Part shown: piece by piece, positions 37,604-46,446 of the stretch | Layout: the number at the start of each line of letters is the position of its first letter | Position numbering within the stretch: position 1 is the stretch's first letter | DNA from: Gemmatimonadales bacterium | GTDB taxonomy: Bacteria; Gemmatimonadota; Gemmatimonadetes; Gemmatimonadales; GWC2-71-9 | NCBI GenBank assembly: GCA_039794085.1 | Contig: JBDIWC010000007.1 | Location: 1 to 64,000 of the forward strand | Length of the DNA: 64,000 nt | Reading direction: 5' to 3' | Made by a program: the position numbers and the translations under genes | Notes under the pieces: model-generated | Seen by the model: only the letters and a program-made list of their open reading frames with translations | The model's database searches: none | Told to the model about the DNA's origin: nothing

Positions 37604-38577
37604 GACTCTGGGTGCGCATTGCCATCAGTGTCACCCTGCTCGGGGTGATCCTGTGGCTCCTTCCCTGGCCGATGGTGCTGAGCGCCGTGGCGCGCCTGTC
37701 GCCGTGGCACTGGGGCGGAGTGGTGCTCGGCTTCCTCGCGGGCCATGCCGCCGGCGTGTTCAAGTGGCGGGCCTTCGTGCAGGCGGGACGGGTGACGTTC
37801 GCGATTCGCGACGCCGTGCGCTGCTACACCGCGGGACTGTTCGCCAACCTCTGCCTCCCGAGCATCGTCGGGGGAGATCTGCTGCGCCTGGTCATGGCGG
37901 GCCGCGCCACGGGACGCCCGGAGGCGGCGGTTCTTGGCGGCGTGATGGACCGGCTGACCGACACGACCGCGTTGGCCCTGCTGGCCGGAGCGGGAGCCGC
38001 GATGGCGGGGTCGACCCATGGGAGCGCCCTGGTGCGGACCGTCAGTCTCGCCCTTCTCGTCGGACTGGGTGGTGGTGTCCTGGTGATCGCGATCGCGGGA
38101 TCCCGACCCCTGGCCCGCTGGCCCGCGCGCCTCCGACGCCCGGTGGGGAGGGCTCTGGTGGGAGTGCGGCACCTGGGGCGCAGCCCCGGGCTCGCCCTGC
38201 GGGGGCTGGTGCTTTCCCTGCTCATCCAGAGCGGCTTCGTGATGCTCAACGCGGGGCTGGGACGGGCGATCGGCATCGAGGTGGCACTGGGCGCCTGGTT
38301 TCTGGCCTGGCCGCTCGCCAAGGTGGTGAGCCTGGTCCCCATCAGCCTGGGCGGACTGGCCGTACGGGAGGCGAGCATGGCCGGGTTCCTGGCGCCCTTC
38401 GGCGTTCCGCTGGCCCTCGGAGTCACGGTGTCCCTCCTCTGGCAAAGCGTCCTGATCGTCGGCGGGCTCGTGGGGGGCGGGGTGTGGCTTCTCCTCTCAC
38501 GCGGTGTTGCGCCTGCTCTCCGCCCCGGATGCACACCGGCGGGTGAGGTGCTCACGACGGGACGCTCCCATGGATAA
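37600..38577 (+). CDS. Lysylphosphatidylglycerol-synthase-TM family (flippase-like) protein
   Basis: KWR, FANLCLPSIVGGDLLR, DR, PISLGGLAVRE motifs. Confidence 0.88.
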   Translation: MRLWVRIAISVTLLGVILWLLPWPMVLSAVARLSPWHWGGVVLGFLAGHAAGVFKWRAFVQAGRVTFAIRDAVRCYTAGLFANLCLPSIVGGDLLRLVMAGRATGRPEAAVLGGVMDRLTDTTALALLAGAGAAMAGSTHGSALVRTVSLALLVGLGGGVLVIAIAGSRPLARWPARLRRPVGRALVGVRHLGRSPGLALRGLVLSLLIQSGFVMLNAGLGRAIGIEVALGAWFLAWPLAKVVSLVPISLGGLAVREASMAGFLAPFGVPLALGVTVSLLWQSVLIVGGLVGGGVWLLLSRGVAPALRPGCTPAGEVLTTGRSHG

Positions 38578-40000
38578 ACCGCACCTGATCATTCTCGGCG
38601 CGGGTCCCGCCGGACTGGGGGCCGCCTGGCGGCTGCGGCAGGAGGGGAAGGCGCGGGTCACTGTCCTGGAGCAGGGCACTGGCGTCGGGGGAAACGCGGG
38701 GAGCTTTCGCTGGAATGACCATTGGCTCGACCACGGGAGCCACCGTCTCCATCCGGCCACTGCTCCCCGGATTCTCGCCGACATCCGATCGCTGCTCGGA
38801 CCCGATCTCCTCACCCGCCCGCGTCACGGACGGATCCGGCTCCGAGGAAAGTGGGTTCACTTTCCGCTCCACCCGATGGATCTCCTCCTCCGCCTCGACA
38901 AGGGCTTTGCCGCCGGGGTCCTGCGGGACCGCCTGCGTCCGGCCCAGATCCGGGGGACGGGAGAGGAGAGTTTTGCCTCGGTGCTCCGGGCCAGCCTCGG
39001 CCCCACCATCTGCGATTCGTTCTACTTCCCCTATGCCCGGAAGATCTGGGGCGCCGATCCCGAGGCGCTCTCAGCGATCCAGGCCCGGCGACGGGTCGCG
39101 GCCGGCAGTTTCGCCAAGTTGCTGCGCAAGGTGCTCAACGCAGTGCCCGGCTTCCGGCCCCCGCTGGCGGGAACCTTCTTCTATCCCGCCCGCGGGTTCG
39201 GCCAGGTGTCCGAGGCCTATGCCGAGGCGGCCGTGCGCGGCGGAGCCGAGTTGCACCTGGGATGCCGGGTGACGGGCCTCGAGGTCCCCCCGTCCGAGGG
39301 GGATCCGTGGAGAGTGCATGCGGAGCAGGGGTCGGAGCCGACCGTGTTCGAGGGAGACCATGTCTGGTCCACGCTGCCGATCCCTCTCCTGGCGCGGATG
39401 ATCGGGGCGCAGGGCGGGCATGTCCCGGGCGCGGTTCATGCAGCGGTGGACCGGATCCGGTATCGGTCGATGGTGCTGGTCTACCTTGAGCTGGACCAGG
39501 ACCGGTTCACCGAGTTCGACGCCCACTACTTTCCCGACGCCTCGGTCCGGATCACCCGGCTCTCCGAAACCAAGAACTATGCGGCCCGGACGGAGCCCGC
39601 GGGCCGGACGGCCCTCTGCGCGGAGCTCCCCACCGGGCCCGACGAGGCGGCCTGGTCGCTCTCCGATGGTGACCTCGCGGCACTCGTGGCGGACGATCTG
39701 GCCCGGAGCGGCATCCCCCTCTCGCGTCCTCCCGTGGCCGTGACCGTGCGGCGTCTCCGCCAGGCCTATCCGATCTATGACCGGGGCTATGAGATTCCGT
39801 TTGGCGTGGTGGACCAGTGGGTTGGCACCCTTCCCCGGTTTCTCACCTACGGACGACAGGGGCTCTTTGCGCATGACAACACCCACCACGCCCTCGCCAT
39901 GGCCTATGCCGCCGCCGAGTGTTTCGGGCCCTCCGGCATCGACCGGGACCGGTGGGACACCTTTCGACAGGAGTTCGCGACCCATGTCGTGGAAGACTGA
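38570..40000 (+). CDS. FAD-dependent oxidoreductase (protoporphyrinogen oxidase/UDP-Galp mutase-like)
   Basis: GAGPAGL, VGG, DHGSHR, YARKIWG, FFYPARGFG, AYPIY, GRQGLFAHDNTHH. Confidence 0.88.
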   Translation: MDKPHLIILGAGPAGLGAAWRLRQEGKARVTVLEQGTGVGGNAGSFRWNDHWLDHGSHRLHPATAPRILADIRSLLGPDLLTRPRHGRIRLRGKWVHFPLHPMDLLLRLDKGFAAGVLRDRLRPAQIRGTGEESFASVLRASLGPTICDSFYFPYARKIWGADPEALSAIQARRRVAAGSFAKLLRKVLNAVPGFRPPLAGTFFYPARGFGQVSEAYAEAAVRGGAELHLGCRVTGLEVPPSEGDPWRVHAEQGSEPTVFEGDHVWSTLPIPLLARMIGAQGGHVPGAVHAAVDRIRYRSMVLVYLELDQDRFTEFDAHYFPDASVRITRLSETKNYAARTEPAGRTALCAELPTGPDEAAWSLSDGDLAALVADDLARSGIPLSRPPVAVTVRRLRQAYPIYDRGYEIPFGVVDQWVGTLPRFLTYGRQGLFAHDNTHHALAMAYAAAECFGPSGIDRDRWDTFRQEFATHVVED

Positions 40001-40021
40001 CCGAAGCCCCCGGGAGGCGGA

Positions 40022-41566
40022 ATGACATCCGACCGGCTGCCACCGCACTGGAGGATCCGCCTCTTCCTGACCTGCTGGGTGATCTATGTGGCCCACTTCG
40101 CCACGGATGTGGTCCGCGAACACTACCTGGTCATGAGCATGGTGGAAAACCAGACCTTCGCGCTCGATCCGTACTATGGGCTGCACGTGGACATTTTCCA
40201 GAACCCCCCGGAGGCGAAGGTGCAGGGAGCGCACCACGGGGCCAATCCCGGCATCTCGATGATCGCCGCCCTCCCCTACGCGGCCCTGCGCCCGCTGGTG
40301 GATGTCGTAGTGGCACGCGAACTGGCCAGTCGCCCTCCGGCAGACACCGTGATCTATCGGGACAACCGTCCCCGCCGGGTGGCCTTCTACGGGGAAATCC
40401 GTGAGCGCGGGCTGGATATCCGGTTCGGGCTCGTCTCGGCGATCACGCAGGTGTTCACCATGGCCCCCCTGACCGCCGCGATGGTGGTCGCCATGGCTGA
40501 CATCCTCCTGATTCTCGGAGTCACCGCTCCCCTGGTTCTCACCGGAGCCCTCCTCTTCGCCTTTGGCACTCCGGTCTTTTTCCGGGCAGCCTACCTGAAC
40601 CAGAACCTGGCCATCGCCGTTCTCGCCTTCGCGGCATTCCTGCTGTTGTGGAATCCGGGCCGCCGGGTCCGATGGGGACCGACCGGCCGAGTGGTGGTGG
40701 CCGGGTTTCTCGGCGGGCTCTGCCTGCTCAACGACTACAGCGGCGGACTCGCCCTGGCCCTCCTGGGTGCCTACGCGTGCTGGACCCGCTTCACCACCGC
40801 CTCGTTCCCTGCGGCGATCCGGACCGGCCTCTGGTACACCCTGGGCGCCCTCGGACCGATTCTGGCGCTCTGGTACTATCAGTGGGCAAGCTTCGGCCAT
40901 CCCCTCTACCCGCCCCAACACTGGATGGCACCGGTGGAATGGATCGAGGTGGGATATCAGGGGGTCGGGGGGTTCGTGCCTGACCTGTTCTTCCAGCTCC
41001 TGATCGACCCGCGATTCGGCCTCTTCGTGGTCGCCCCCGCTCTGGTCCTGGCCCTGGCCGCTCCCTTCCTGCGGCGGTTTCCGATGCCCCGGACCGAGCT
41101 GCTGTTCTGTCTCTCGATGGCGCTGGCCTTCGTGCTCTTCTTCAGCACCGTCCAGTACACGCGCCTCCAATGGGTCACCGGATTCCGGTACCTCGCCCCC
41201 ATCGTCCCCTTCCTCTTTCTCCCCGCCTTCCTGGTCGGGATGCGCCTGCCGCGACTCGTCGCCATTGCCCTGGGGATCGGCTCGCTGGGCCTGACCTGGG
41301 CTCTGGCCATGGTGCGGGATCAGGGGACGGTTTTCCGGAATCTCATGCGCCTGGTCGTGGAGGGGTTCCAGTTGCCCTGGCTCACCACCCTCGGAAAGCT
41401 CGCGGCGCAATATTCCCCCTGGTTGGAGGGACGCCCCTCCCCGTGGCCGGCGTTCGCCCTCACCTCCGTCGTGGTGGCCGCGATCTGGATGATCCGATCC
41501 CCATGGACCCCGGTGACTTCCGACCCGGCTGGTACCGAAATTGCCACCCCACCCCGGCTGGAGTAG
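40022..41566 (+). CDS. Polytopic membrane protein, probable GT-C fold
   Basis: More than 10 TMs; PGISMIA, FAFGTP, LLIDPRFGLF, GFRYLAPIVPF resemble GT-C family loops. Confidence 0.65.
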   Translation: MTSDRLPPHWRIRLFLTCWVIYVAHFATDVVREHYLVMSMVENQTFALDPYYGLHVDIFQNPPEAKVQGAHHGANPGISMIAALPYAALRPLVDVVVARELASRPPADTVIYRDNRPRRVAFYGEIRERGLDIRFGLVSAITQVFTMAPLTAAMVVAMADILLILGVTAPLVLTGALLFAFGTPVFFRAAYLNQNLAIAVLAFAAFLLLWNPGRRVRWGPTGRVVVAGFLGGLCLLNDYSGGLALALLGAYACWTRFTTASFPAAIRTGLWYTLGALGPILALWYYQWASFGHPLYPPQHWMAPVEWIEVGYQGVGGFVPDLFFQLLIDPRFGLFVVAPALVLALAAPFLRRFPMPRTELLFCLSMALAFVLFFSTVQYTRLQWVTGFRYLAPIVPFLFLPAFLVGMRLPRLVAIALGIGSLGLTWALAMVRDQGTVFRNLMRLVVEGFQLPWLTTLGKLAAQYSPWLEGRPSPWPAFALTSVVVAAIWMIRSPWTPVTSDPAGTEIATPPRLE

Positions 41567-41657
41567 GCACCTCACAGCCGGGAGGATCGGAGGGCATCCG
41601 CAGTAGTGGCTGTTCGATCTTGCCGGGTCGGGTGTCATCACTCCACGTCCATCCACT

Positions 41658-41690
41658 GTTGCGTTTATGCAACTATTGCATCAGCACAAC
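41658..41690. promoter_or_regulatory. Two GTTGC-N6-GCAAC-type palindromes next to an RBS
   Basis: GTTGCGTTTATGCAAC (41658) and ATTGCATCAGCACAAC (41675). Confidence 0.6.
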
Positions 41691-41704
41691 ACCACAGGAG
41701 CTTC

Positions 41705-42499
41705 ATGGATTCCTCGGGCCCCCGCAGCGAGACTGGAGCCTCTGACCTCAGGGTGGACCTGGTGATCCCGGTCCTCAACGAGTCCCATGTTCTCGAGCAG
41801 AGTGTGTCCACCGTCCGGGTGTTCCTCGCGGAGAACCTGCCCGGCACCCACCGGGTGGTCATCGTGGACAATGGATCGACCGATGGCACCGATCGCGTGG
41901 GTCGGCGGCTGGCCGAGACGTACCCTGACGTGCGTTTCCTGCAACTGCCGCACCGGGGCCGGGGCCGGGCGTTGCGCCACGCCTGGACCACGAGCGATGC
42001 CGACGTCATGTGCTACACCGACGTGGACCTCTCCACCGAGCTCGCGGCTCTTCCCCGGCTGGTCCATGCCATCGTCGAAGAGGGGTACCACGTGGCCACC
42101 GGGAGTCGGTTGATGCGGGCCTCCCGCACAACCCGGTCCCCGAAACGCGAGTTCATTTCCCGAGCCTACAACCTCTTCGTCAAGGCGGTCCTCTGGACCT
42201 CGTTCAGCGATGCCCAGTGCGGGTTCAAGGCGGTGAGCCGCCGGGCGGTGGCGGAGATCATTCCCGAGGTGAAGGATCAATCATGGTTCTTCGACACCGA
42301 GCTTCTGGTTCTCGCCGAGAAATGGGGCTACGGTGTGAAGGACATTCCCGTCCGGTGGACGGAGGACGACGACAGCCGGGTGAAGATTCTTCGCACCGCC
42401 TGGGACGACATCAAGGGAGTGTGCCGAGTGCGGTGGCGGCTCTGGCGCGAGGGCGTGACCGCCGGCGCTCCCGCCGCCTCCCGCCGGGCCACCCTCTGA
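41705..42499 (+). CDS. GT2 dolichyl-phosphate beta-glucosyltransferase-like protein
   Basis: AGGAG RBS; IPVLNE, DNGSTDGT, GRGRA, YTDVDLST, DAQCGFKA, WFFDTELL. Confidence 0.93.
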   Translation: MDSSGPRSETGASDLRVDLVIPVLNESHVLEQSVSTVRVFLAENLPGTHRVVIVDNGSTDGTDRVGRRLAETYPDVRFLQLPHRGRGRALRHAWTTSDADVMCYTDVDLSTELAALPRLVHAIVEEGYHVATGSRLMRASRTTRSPKREFISRAYNLFVKAVLWTSFSDAQCGFKAVSRRAVAEIIPEVKDQSWFFDTELLVLAEKWGYGVKDIPVRWTEDDDSRVKILRTAWDDIKGVCRVRWRLWREGVTAGAPAASRRATL

Positions 42500-42535
42500 C
42501 CCGCCGCCGGCCGGACCCCTCGCCCGACCGCACCC

Positions 42536-43000
42536 ATGCGTGACCAGGCGGGTCCTGACGAGCTCCTGACCCGGGAGTGTGTGCACTTCTGTCGCTACCT
42601 GGTGGACCGGGCCCCGGACGAGGCGATCCTCCAGACCTGGCGGCGGGTCCAGGCTCACCTGCCCGCGCATCCCTTCGACGGCAACCTCTCCGACCAGTGG
42701 CTCCTGCGCCTCGGACGACGTGGTGGCCTGCGACTTCGCCTGGCGGATGCCTGGTCCCGGCTCTTCTGTCCCGGAACGCTGTTGCGGCGCAAGCTGGTCC
42801 TCGCGGCGGCGGTGCTGGAATCGAGCCGCGGCACCGCTCCCCTGGTTCATGCCGGCCCCGTGACGCCGGGATGGCGGGCCCTCCCGGGAATCGGGATGGC
42901 CGGACTCTCGCTCGCGGGATGGACGGTTCTGGCCGTTCTGCTCCTCGGTCCGGTGCATCTCCTCCGCATCCGGGGCCGGAGGACGGTGGATCGTGGCTGA
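42536..43000 (+). CDS. Hypothetical protein with C-terminal TM, coupled to the GMC oxidoreductase
   Basis: Fills the operon gap; overlaps the next start; LLRRKLVLAAAVLES helix. Confidence 0.65.
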   Translation: MRDQAGPDELLTRECVHFCRYLVDRAPDEAILQTWRRVQAHLPAHPFDGNLSDQWLLRLGRRGGLRLRLADAWSRLFCPGTLLRRKLVLAAAVLESSRGTAPLVHAGPVTPGWRALPGIGMAGLSLAGWTVLAVLLLGPVHLLRIRGRRTVDRG

Positions 43001-44600
43001 CCTGCTGGTGGTGGGATCGGGGGCGTCCGGAGTCCACTTTGCTCTCACGGCACTGCAGCGGGGTCACCGTGTCACCATGCTGGATGTGGGCCATCCCCGC
43101 CCCGACATTCCAGCTCCCGACATCGCGTTCCCCGACCTCCCCGAGGCCCTCGACGATCCGGCGGCCTGGTTTCTCGGTCCGGGAGGGGAACAGGTGGTCT
43201 ATCCCGGTGACGCATCCTCCTACTACGGGCATCCCCCGAGCAAGGCCTACGTGTTCCGGCCGGTCCCGGGCACGCCCACCCGGTCTGACGCGATGGTACC
43301 TCTCTTCACCTTTGCGCGGGGGGGCTTCGCGGAGGCGTGGACGGCCGGATGCTACGCCTTCAGTCCGACCGACCTCACCGGCATGCCCGTCACCTCGGAG
43401 GACCTGCGACCCCACTACCAGGAGGTGGCCAGGCGGATCGGGATCGGCGGCGTGGAGGATGACCTCGCTCCGTTCATCCCCCTGGACGCGGAATACCTCC
43501 CTCCCCTTCCCCTCGATCCTCACTCGGCGCACCTGATGGCCCGGTACGCCCGCCGCCGTGCGATCCTGCACCGACGGCACCGGTTCTTTCTCGGGCGGTC
43601 CCGGGTGGCCACTCTCACCGGCGACCGGGAGGGACGCCGGGCCTGCAGCCAGCTCGGCCGGTGCCTCTGGGGCTGCCCCTCCCGCTCGATCTACACCCCG
43701 TCGCAGACCCTCGATCAGTGCGAAACCTTCCCGGGATTTCTCTATCGCCCCGGACTCCTCGTGCGGCGTTTCGAGTACGACGGGGACGGACGCATCGGCC
43801 GGGTCGTGGCGCAGCCGGTGGACGGGGGCCCGCTCCTCGCCGTCGCCACCGACGCCGTCATCCTGGCGGCCGGGGCGCTGGGTTCCTCCCGCATCGTGCT
43901 GGAATCCGTCGCCCACCGGACCGGTACTGCTCCCCGCCTCGAGGGCCTCATGGACAACCGGCAGATCCACATGCCCTTCGTGACCCCCGGGATGCTCGGC
44001 ACGGCGCCGATGCTGGCCGCCTATCAGTTTCACCACCTGGCCTTTGCGGTGACCCGGAACCCGGCAACCGACCACGTGCATGGCCAGATCACCACACTGA
44101 AGGCCGCGTCGGTGCATCCGATCCTGGCCGGGATCCCGGGCGACCTTCGATCGGCTCTCCATCTCTTCCAGGGGGTTCGCTCGAGTCTCGGCATCGCGAA
44201 CGTCAACCTGCACGATACCCGCCGGAGCACCAGTTACCTCACCCTTGATTCCGCCGGGGATGGCGCCCCCTGCCTCGTGGTGCACTACGACCCCGATCCC
44301 GAGGAACCGGCCCGCATGGCGGCGGCCACGCGCGACGTGCGGAGAGCCCTCCGACGGATCGGATCGTGGGTGCTTCCGGGCCTGGTGCGCGTCCTCCCGA
44401 TGGGGGCCAGCGTCCACTACGCGGGCACATTGCCGATGACCCTCGATCCCACGCCGCTCGCGGTCGATCGGTCCTGCCGGAGCTGGGACTTTCCCAACCT
44501 GCACGTGGTGGACGGCGCCGTCCTGCCCCGGCTCCCCGCCAAGAACCTGACATTCACGCTCATGGCCAACGCGGTCCGGGTGGCAACCACGGCGTTCTGA
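42993..44600 (+). CDS. GMC family FAD oxidoreductase
   Basis: VVGSGASG, GGFAEAW, CSQLGRCLWGCP, ILAAGALGS, HYAGT, NLHVVDG, KNLTFTLMANA. Confidence 0.92.
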   Translation: MADLLVVGSGASGVHFALTALQRGHRVTMLDVGHPRPDIPAPDIAFPDLPEALDDPAAWFLGPGGEQVVYPGDASSYYGHPPSKAYVFRPVPGTPTRSDAMVPLFTFARGGFAEAWTAGCYAFSPTDLTGMPVTSEDLRPHYQEVARRIGIGGVEDDLAPFIPLDAEYLPPLPLDPHSAHLMARYARRRAILHRRHRFFLGRSRVATLTGDREGRRACSQLGRCLWGCPSRSIYTPSQTLDQCETFPGFLYRPGLLVRRFEYDGDGRIGRVVAQPVDGGPLLAVATDAVILAAGALGSSRIVLESVAHRTGTAPRLEGLMDNRQIHMPFVTPGMLGTAPMLAAYQFHHLAFAVTRNPATDHVHGQITTLKAASVHPILAGIPGDLRSALHLFQGVRSSLGIANVNLHDTRRSTSYLTLDSAGDGAPCLVVHYDPDPEEPARMAAATRDVRRALRRIGSWVLPGLVRVLPMGASVHYAGTLPMTLDPTPLAVDRSCRSWDFPNLHVVDGAVLPRLPAKNLTFTLMANAVRVATTAF

Positions 44601-44644
44601 GGGGCAAGGTCCCGTAGAGGGGGTCGACCCGTGAGCCGCCGTGG

Positions 44645-45380
44645 CGCCACGCGACGCGGGAGCGATGGGATCACGCGGAGATCCTCCGTGTCCTCCGTGT
44701 CCTCCGTGTCCTCCGCGGCCTCTGTGGTGCCCCCCCACGTCACCCTGGATTGCACCACAGAGGACACGGAGGACGCAGAGGGGTGACGGCATCCGCGACA
44801 CGCTCCTCGTCTCGGATTGGCGGGCATCGGCAGGAGGGGCGCCCCGCCCCCCCCACAAGGAACAAGTTCCTGATCTCGGCGCGCGAGGCGTGGAGCCACG
44901 GACATCACACGGAGATCCTCCGTGTCCTCCGCGGCCTCTGTGGTGCCCCCCACGTCACCCTGGATTGAACCACAGAGGACACGGAGGACGCAGAGGGGTG
45001 ACGATATCCCCGACACGCTCCTCGTCTCGCTGGGCGGGCATCGGCAGGATGGGGGCCCCGCCCCGGGCCCCGCCCCCCCCCCGATTCAACCACAGAGAAC
45101 ACGGAGGACGCAGAGGGGTGACGGTATCCCCGACACGTTCCCGATCTTGCGCTCCCGGCATCGGCAAGGAGGTGGCCCCACCACCCCCAACAACAAAATC
45201 CCAGTCTCGGCGCGCGAGGCGTGGAGCCACGGACATCACACGGAGACCCTCCGTGTCCTCCGTGTTCTCTGTGGTGATTCCTTCCGACCTTGCCCGATCC
45301 CATACGCCCGGGCATCGGCAGGATGGGGCCCCTCCACCCCACAACGCCAAGGCCCTATCTCAGCGCGCGAAGCGAGGAGC
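44645..45380. repeat. Second array of the same modular palindromic repeat family
   Basis: CCTCCGTGT x3 at 44683; ACCACAGAG(G/A)ACACGGAGGACGCAGAGGG x3; 47 bp at 44868-44914 identical to 16133-16179. Confidence 0.93.
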
Positions 45381-45381
45381 G

Positions 45382-45408
45382 ACTCCCTACTCCCTACTCC
45401 CTACTCCC
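45382..45408 (-). repeat. GGGAGTA x3 heptamer repeat (minus strand)
   Basis: TACTCCC x3 at 45388-45408; contains the stop codon of the phosphoesterase gene. Confidence 0.85.
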
Positions 45409-46446
45409 TGCTTTCCGGCGTCCGATCACGACGCCGATTCCCATGGATCCGAAGATCAGCAGGGCCAGTGCGGTCAGACGGGCCGGACTGTTGATCGCCT
45501 CCCAGAGGCGTTCCAGCCGGGGGCGGGGCGGAGGGCGGAATTCGTGCACCTGGCGGTAGTGGTGCGGGGTGAAGTGACCCGACGACACCTCGCCGGTCGT
45601 TTCGACGCCCACGGTAAATGCCGGCCCCTCCACCTGGACGCGAAGGAAGGCATCGAACTGGGCGGCAAGGGTCCGGCTCGCCTCCCGGTCCCGCAGGATG
45701 CCAAGGCTCGGATCCCCTCCGATCGAGACCTGGTAGTAGGCGATGCCGTCCCGCTCCAGGTGGGAGAACTTGAGGGGGCCATGGTCTCCGGAAAAGACCG
45801 CACGCACGCCAGCCTCGCGCAGCAGCGGGTGAATCTCACGCCACCACGGTTCGTCGTCGCCCTGCCACCAGAGGAGGTGATGGAGGACGACCACCGTGTG
45901 GGCCGGCGCATCCGGGCGGGCCAGCTCCTCGCGAAGCCACCGCACCTGGGCCGAGTCGAGATCCACGCCGCGGATGTTCCGAGCGAGGGTGGTATCACCA
46001 TCCTCCGGAATCCACACGCTGTTGAGCAGCAGGAACCGCACGTTCCGCATCGTGAAAGAGCGGGGGAGTTCTCCGAACCGCTCCCGGTAGACGTCCCGGG
46101 TCACCAGATCGTTGATCTCATGGTTCCCCGGCACCTGGATTCGAGGCACCCCGACGGTGGCGAGAGCGCTGTCGAGGTCGACCCACTCCTTTTCCACCGC
46201 GGCCCGCCGTCGTGGCGCCTGACCCATGTCTCCCCAGATCTGATCACCCGCCAGGACCACGAGATCGGGTTGGAGGGTGCGGACCTCGGCGAGCAGTTCC
46301 CCCAGGCGGGGGTGGAGCGCGTTGTCCCATCCGCGGATGTGACCCAGAACCACAAAGGACCAGGGGTCGGCGTCCTGGGCACCCAGGGGTGCCACCGCGA
46401 GCATCGCGAGGAGAGCAGACAGCAGGCGCCGGGGAGGACGGGTCAT
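45394..46446 (-). CDS. Exported, C-terminally anchored calcineurin-like metallophosphoesterase
   Basis: Signal peptide LGA|Q; LGHIRG, LAGDQIWGD, PGNHE, VLHH, SGDHG; C-terminal TM + RRK. Confidence 0.85.
   Translation of the reverse strand: MTRPPRRLLSALLAMLAVAPLGAQDADPWSFVVLGHIRGWDNALHPRLGELLAEVRTLQPDLVVLAGDQIWGDMGQAPRRRAAVEKEWVDLDSALATVGVPRIQVPGNHEINDLVTRDVYRERFGELPRSFTMRNVRFLLLNSVWIPEDGDTTLARNIRGVDLDSAQVRWLREELARPDAPAHTVVVLHHLLWWQGDDEPWWREIHPLLREAGVRAVFSGDHGPLKFSHLERDGIAYYQVSIGGDPSLGILRDREASRTLAAQFDAFLRVQVEGPAFTVGVETTGEVSSGHFTPHHYRQVHEFRPPPRPRLERLWEAINSPARLTALALLIFGSMGIGVVIGRRKAGSRE

Noticed and set aside
45394..45500. Second exosortase sorting signal on the phosphoesterase
   Set aside because: TM plus basic tail is present but there is no PEP-like motif; treated as an ordinary anchor
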